A stretch of DNA of 54,497 bases from a virus (lineage: Duplodnaviria > Caudoviricetes), in IMG/VR virus record IMGVR_UViG_3300046171_000026, positions 1 through 54,497 of that record; one strand, 5' to 3'. This document shows positions 54,352 to 54,497 of the stretch, one piece after another. Position 1 is the first letter of the stretch, and each line of letters opens with the position of its first letter. The translations under genes were made by a program, and so were the position numbers. The notes beneath the pieces were generated by a model. It worked only from the letters and a program-made list of their open reading frames with translations, had not been told where the DNA came from and ran no database searches.

Positions 54352-54497
54352 CAAAAATTCAAGGGCTATCCTCAGTAAAACCCCGAGAACCACCCAGAAA
54401 AAACACTTAAAAAAATTACAAGGAATAAATCAAGGTACACACTAGGGAAATAAACTAGGGGATATGCGAGTGACCACCCCCATACCTACCTATATAC
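54352..54497. repeat. Direct terminal repeat, right copy
   Basis: Matches 1-146. Confidence 0.93.

Noticed and set aside
1-54497. Integrase/att site, phage RNA polymerase, tRNA genes
   Set aside because: No recognisable catalytic motifs or cloverleaf sequences seen; absence is judged by eye only and should be confirmed with HMM and tRNAscan searches

Overview
The window looks like an essentially complete, AT-rich (roughly 30% G+C by eye) podovirus genome. It is bounded by a 146-bp direct terminal repeat (1-146 and 54352-54497). The + strand arm (about 0.4-36.5 kb) encodes packaging, head, tail, tail-fibre, internal virion and lysis proteins. The - strand arm (about 36.5-52.9 kb) encodes early and replication genes: primase, DnaB-like helicase, family A DNA polymerase, SSB, PD-(D/E)XK nuclease, metallophosphoesterase, DUF3310, GP88 and a pyrimidine-dimer glycosylase-like protein. 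A lone + strand gene sits at the right end. The polymerase carries a DnaJ-type CXXCXGXG zinc-finger insertion, the known hallmark of HMO-2011-like marine podoviruses. With the low G+C this suggests a SAR11 (Pelagibacter) phage, which is inference. I could not recognise an RNA polymerase, integrase, ribonucleotide reductase, ParB, tRNA or CRISPR array; transcription appears to use many host sigma70 promoters. Most notable observations: (1) a perfect bacterial parS palindrome beside an Irr/ICE-like palindrome and AT-rich repeats in the divergent control region, with no recognisable phage ParB; (2) a tandemly duplicated five-gene fibre cassette, each copy ending in three paralogues (possible heterotrimers), under its own promoter; (3) promoters overlapping terminators or an RBS-sequestering hairpin; (4) a gene overprinted on the portal C-terminus; (5) an expanded envelope-protein cluster between holin and endolysin. 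Three frameshifted genes most likely reflect sequencing indels. All family assignments come from motif recognition, not database searches.
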